Below are positions 58,854 to 61,527 of a stretch of 61,527 bases of DNA, in pieces. Below the pieces are notes generated by a model. The model saw only the letters and a program-made list of their open reading frames with translations. It was not told where the DNA came from and did not search any database. The position numbers and the translations under genes were made by a program. The DNA comes from a virus. The stretch's first letter is position 1. Every line of letters starts with the position of its first letter. The stretch spans positions 1 to 61,527 of the IMG/VR virus record IMGVR_UViG_3300033069_001718. The stretch is one strand, 5' to 3'.

Positions 58854-59032
58854 ATAAGATAATCGATGAGACCTTCAGCAATAAAACCTTTGGTGAGGGA
58901 AAAGGCTTGTTCAGTTGTAAACCCTTGAGCCAGAAATGACTCATATAAATTCTTAGTTGCGACGGCTACGATGGCACACTGCTCACTCACCGTAGGCTCT
59001 GCGGGCCGATTCGATTTGGAAGATTTCTTCAT
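58850..59032 (-). CDS. hypothetical protein
   Basis: First gene after a consensus sigma70-like promoter. Confidence 0.3.
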   Translation of the reverse strand: MKKSSKSNRPAEPTVSEQCAIVAVATKNLYESFLAQGFTTEQAFSLTKGFIAEGLIDYLI

Positions 59033-59035
59033 AAT

Positions 59036-59070
59036 GCTTAATTATCTCAGAGAAAACGGAAGCTGTCAAC
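59036..59070 (-). promoter_or_regulatory. sigma70-like promoter (TTGACA-N17-GATAAT)
   Basis: Minus-strand reading: TTGACAgcttccgttttctctgaGATAATtaagcattATG. Confidence 0.5.
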
Positions 59071-59125
59071 AATTTACATTATAAGGAATATAATAAATTG
59101 AGGTATAATACCACCGTGTTATAAT

Positions 59126-59668
59126 ATGACGATGAGAGAAATAGGAGAATTCAAAAATTACCAAGTTCCGTCGTGGGATAGGTTGTTTATGCGTTTGGTG
59201 TATGAGTATGCGAGTAAAAGCAAAGACCCATCTTCCAAAATCGGAGCTGTCATTGTCCGCAATAAGAGACCTATCTTATTTGGCTATAATGGTTTTCCAG
59301 AAGGCGTGGCAGATACTCCAGAACGCCTTAATGACCGGGCTTTGAAATTGCCTTTCACCGAACACGCTGAGCGGAACGCGATTGATATGGCGGCCGCAGA
59401 GGGAACACGATCTGAGGGTGGGACGCTTTATACACAAATCTTACCGTGTTCAGGTTGTGCTAAGGCGATTATCCAAGCCCGTATAACGGAAGTGGTTATT
59501 CATCGGCCAGCGGATGAATATTTTAAAATTTGTAATACCGGCAGATCGTGGGCCGAAGAACACAAATTCACCAAAATTATGTTTGAGGAAAAAAAAATGA
59601 AAGTCCGTTATATGGATGAACTAATCAATTGTATCGGTTACTTCGGGGGTAAAATGGTTGAATTATGA
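59126..59668 (+). CDS. dCMP deaminase (deoxycytidylate deaminase)
   Basis: HAERNAI and PCSGCAKAI zinc-binding CDA motifs. About 180 aa, like T4 cd. Confidence 0.8.
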   Translation: MTMREIGEFKNYQVPSWDRLFMRLVYEYASKSKDPSSKIGAVIVRNKRPILFGYNGFPEGVADTPERLNDRALKLPFTEHAERNAIDMAAAEGTRSEGGTLYTQILPCSGCAKAIIQARITEVVIHRPADEYFKICNTGRSWAEEHKFTKIMFEEKKMKVRYMDELINCIGYFGGKMVEL

Positions 59669-59826
59669 AAACAAAAGAAGAACTGAACTTGGAATTTGAT
59701 GAGGATATGAAGCGTTTGGACCTGACTTATGATCAATCCGAAGCGGTTTACTTTTTAAAAAATTATATCGACGCTCGGTTACGAATGTTAGAAAACAAAA
59801 AACAAAATGGAACAAATGACAATTAA
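59665..59826 (+). CDS. hypothetical small protein (not in ORF track, under 60 aa)
   Basis: ATG overlapping the dCMP deaminase stop (ATGA). Fills an otherwise uncovered plus-strand gap. Confidence 0.2.
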   Translation: MKTKEELNLEFDEDMKRLDLTYDQSEAVYFLKNYIDARLRMLENKKQNGTNDN

Positions 59827-60052
59827 AATCATCGCTAACTTCCTTCATGAAGGAAAACGGACAGAACTGACGGAGGAAGTCTGCCATCTCATTAAAGACC
59901 CGCCCCAGAAAAAGGACACCACCAAACTGTCCAATATGGTTAAAAAACTATTTGAGAAGGAACTGGGCCGGATCGTCACGGTAAAATTGCGCATGCGAAA
60001 AGCGGAACTTACCGCAATTGTCAATATCCGCCAAAATCCCGTAGACGACTAA
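59807..60052 (+). CDS. hypothetical protein
   Basis: ORF only. Confidence 0.3.
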   Translation: MEQMTIKIIANFLHEGKRTELTEEVCHLIKDPPQKKDTTKLSNMVKKLFEKELGRIVTVKLRMRKAELTAIVNIRQNPVDD

Positions 60053-60056
60053 TAAT

Positions 60057-60251
60057 ATGAATAAAACCATTTCTCATACTTACTACTTTGGTAGTAAAGA
60101 TACTGACAAAACCTATTGTAATCTACGAACGATTGGCGAAGTGAAATCTGGTAAATTTAAAAATGAAAGAATGGTGTCAGGTAAAGAAAAAGTTACTTGC
60201 TCTGCGTGTTTGAGTGCTGGCCGCCTGGATTTGGCAATGGACTGCGTATAA
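60057..60251 (+). CDS. hypothetical protein
   Basis: ORF only. Confidence 0.25.
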   Translation: MNKTISHTYYFGSKDTDKTYCNLRTIGEVKSGKFKNERMVSGKEKVTCSACLSAGRLDLAMDCV

Positions 60252-60260
60252 AGAAAATTT

Positions 60261-60482
60261 ATGATTGCTTTTTTAAACATTCTGATCCCATTTATTATTT
60301 TACAATATTTGGTGGTTGGGGCACTTTTCATCGCCGAAGGTGGAATTGGAAAAAACAGACTGATTTTTAATAGAAAACGGTCTATTATATTAGCAGTAAT
60401 CCCGATGGGGTACGTCTATCCACTCATCCGTGGCATCATTGACGCATTTAAAACCTTGAAATCATTTAAGGAATTGGATTGA
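60261..60482 (+). CDS. small membrane protein
   Basis: Hydrophobic N-terminus. Confidence 0.25.
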   Translation: MIAFLNILIPFIILQYLVVGALFIAEGGIGKNRLIFNRKRSIILAVIPMGYVYPLIRGIIDAFKTLKSFKELD

Positions 60483-60488
60483 AAAATT

Positions 60489-60671
60489 ATGAACTTTAAA
60501 AAATGGCTGGAAGATTTTTACGGTAAATGCGCGAGCAATTCCGATACTTATTTCACCTCAGCAGCGGCTTGGAATGGATGTAAGAAAGAAGTGTTAAAAA
60601 TCATCGAAGATGAGATCGACAACGGTAAAATGTCCATCGTCGAAGCCGCTAAAAAGATTAGAGAATTATGA
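60489..60671 (+). CDS. hypothetical protein
   Basis: ORF only. Confidence 0.25.
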   Translation: MNFKKWLEDFYGKCASNSDTYFTSAAAWNGCKKEVLKIIEDEIDNGKMSIVEAAKKIREL

Positions 60672-60801
60672 AGACAAATCCGAATGTGGAACTGAAAAAG
60701 CTCCAGCAACAAAACATTCTCTTGGAAAAGGAGAACCGTCTACTTAAAAAGCAGTTTACGGCCGTGGAAGCACAAAACCGAATCCTGAGGAAAACGGTTT
60801 A

Positions 60802-61002
60802 TCAGTTGCGTGAAGCAGAGGAATCGCGGTCAGCTTCAGCGAGCTGACTTGTCCTGTTGATAAACAATTCTGTACCATCTAAGGCATAAAATGTACCGCA
60901 ACCAATACAATAATTGTAACGAACGATCTTTTGGTTTTCTTCGTCAAAATCCACCAATGACTCGCGGGTAAATAAGTTGACTCCGCATTTTTTACATTTC
61001 AT
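60802..61002 (-). CDS. zinc-ribbon protein
   Basis: CKKCG...CIGCG. Start at the ATG that overlaps the upstream stop. Confidence 0.3.
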   Translation of the reverse strand: MKCKKCGVNLFTRESLVDFDEENQKIVRYNYCIGCGTFYALDGTELFINRTSQLAEADRDSSASRN

Positions 61003-61259
61003 ATTTTTGAAATCAATTTTGTTTTTCTGATGTGACTTCCGTGCCATCCGTCGCCCACCCGTTTTCGGGAAACCATTCCCAGCTTTTCTAATTCTCTGAT
61101 ATCTTTAGAAATATCAATCCAGGGTCGGTGAATTTCACCATTACCACTAGGTTCATTGTAAAATCCAGAGATACACTTTTTCTTACCTTGATCCCATCGT
61201 GGTAAATTGGCCAAAGCGAACAAACGCCGTTTTACGCCTTTATGTTTGTCTTTACTCAT
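60999..61259 (-). CDS. basic hypothetical protein
   Basis: Immediately downstream of a TTGACA-N16-TATAAT promoter. Confidence 0.35.
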   Translation of the reverse strand: MSKDKHKGVKRRLFALANLPRWDQGKKKCISGFYNEPSGNGEIHRPWIDISKDIRELEKLGMVSRKRVGDGWHGSHIRKTKLISKI

Positions 61260-61261
61260 AG

Positions 61262-61296
61262 GGTTATTATATCACAATTGGAGAGATTGTCAATGC
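61262..61296 (-). promoter_or_regulatory. sigma70-like promoter (TTGACA-N16-TATAAT) abutting a start codon
   Basis: Minus-strand reading: TTGACAatctctccaattgtgaTATAATaaccctATG. Consensus -35 and -10 with 6 nt between -10 and ATG. Confidence 0.55.
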
Positions 61297-61382
61297 CCAA
61301 TAATTTATAAGGTTATTGGGGCTAGTGGTTTTGATGTTCAAAACGCAATGTCTGAACGATAGGGCTTCCCCTAGAAGATGGT

Positions 61383-61455
61383 AGCCCAAGTGAGATTCGA
61401 ACTCACGCTACACAGATTTTAAGTCTGCTGACTCTTCCGCTGGTCTACTGGGCCA
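61383..61455 (-). tRNA. tRNA, anticodon UAA (Leu-reading) in a class I (short variable arm) body. CCA not cleanly encoded
   Basis: Reverse complement folds as GGCCCAG/TTGGGCT acceptor, U8, GCAGA/TCTGT anticodon stem, loop CTTAAAA, T-arm GTGAG-TTCGAAT-CTCAC, discriminator A. Coordinates are approximate within 1-2 nt. Confidence 0.65.
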
Positions 61456-61527
61456 TTTTAAATTTGGTAGGCTACGTGGGTCCTGCCCCCACACCCGGCA
61501 CTCATCTAGTGCGACGGAGGGTATAAA

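Noticed and set aside
59663-59887. Minus-strand 74-aa ORF between dCMP deaminase and the next plus gene
   Set aside because: The plus strand here carries an ATGA-coupled small ORF (59665..59826) consistent with the local operon. The minus ORF has no promoter or SD and spans two plus-strand gene ends.
61383-61455. Possibility that the tRNA is a stop-codon suppressor indicating genetic-code recoding
   Set aside because: Anticodon UAA reads UUA (Leu), not a stop. An ochre suppressor would be UUA. Genes in the window terminate normally on TAA, TGA and TAG.
1-61527. CRISPR arrays, integrase/att sites, transposases
   Set aside because: No regularly spaced direct repeats, no tyrosine/serine recombinase motifs and no IS-like inverted repeats were seen. 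The only mobile-element-like genes are HNH/HEG-type endonucleases.
1-61527. Canonical T4 late promoter TATAAATA in coding orientation upstream of plus-strand genes
   Set aside because: Searched by eye. Only reverse-complement (TATTTATA) instances and partial matches (TATAAATT, TATAAATC) were found. The canonical orientation is not enriched.

Overview
This 61.5 kb window reads as a dense, operon-packed segment of a T4-like (Tevenvirinae/Straboviridae-like) tailed-phage genome. It is not a cellular chromosome. The window divides into six parts. (1) Bases 1-24,000 are a single minus-strand block of about 26 translationally coupled genes, most with ATGA or TAATG start/stop overlaps. The block encodes a nucleotide-sugar and glycan biosynthesis factory: GT2, GT4 and other glycosyltransferases, four SDR epimerase/dehydratases, a GHMP sugar kinase, a TagD-like cytidylyltransferase, a ColD/E1-type PLP 3-dehydratase, an aldo-keto reductase, a SAM methyltransferase, and three paralogous B12-binding radical SAM enzymes. 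It also encodes a dUTPase-family protein. (2) Bases 24,400-28,500 hold small accessory genes, a Cas4-like Fe-S PD-(D/E)XK nuclease, and a homing-endonuclease-like gene inserted just upstream of the polymerase. (3) Bases 28,449-34,700 are a T4-type replication module. It contains gp43-like family-B DNA polymerase (T4-like motifs DIETD, DLTSMYPKII, YSDTDS), a macro-domain protein, a gp45-like sliding clamp and a gp44-like AAA+ clamp loader. (4) Bases 35,181-43,732 are a second glycan locus. It contains GT4, GT25 and DXD glycosyltransferases, a radical SAM enzyme, a methyltransferase, a LicD-cytidylyltransferase fusion and a fourth B12-radical SAM on the opposite strand. (5) Bases 43,800-53,500 hold probable late, structural and unknown genes preceded by a recurring TATTTATA-N4-6-ATGAG start context. 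This part also holds an SNF2-like helicase and an HTH+HNH-like gene. (6) Bases 53,528-61,527 hold GDP-mannose 4,6-dehydratase, an HNH endonuclease, a ClpP-like protease, an Mre11/SbcD-like phosphoesterase, another radical SAM, dCMP deaminase, small genes and a tRNA at the window end. The most unusual feature is the very large, multi-locus, phage-encoded glycan pathway with multiple cobalamin-dependent radical SAM enzymes. This includes an inferred GDP-3,6-dideoxyhexose (colitose-like) route. All functional calls come from motif-level reading of the translated ORFs and have no database confirmation.
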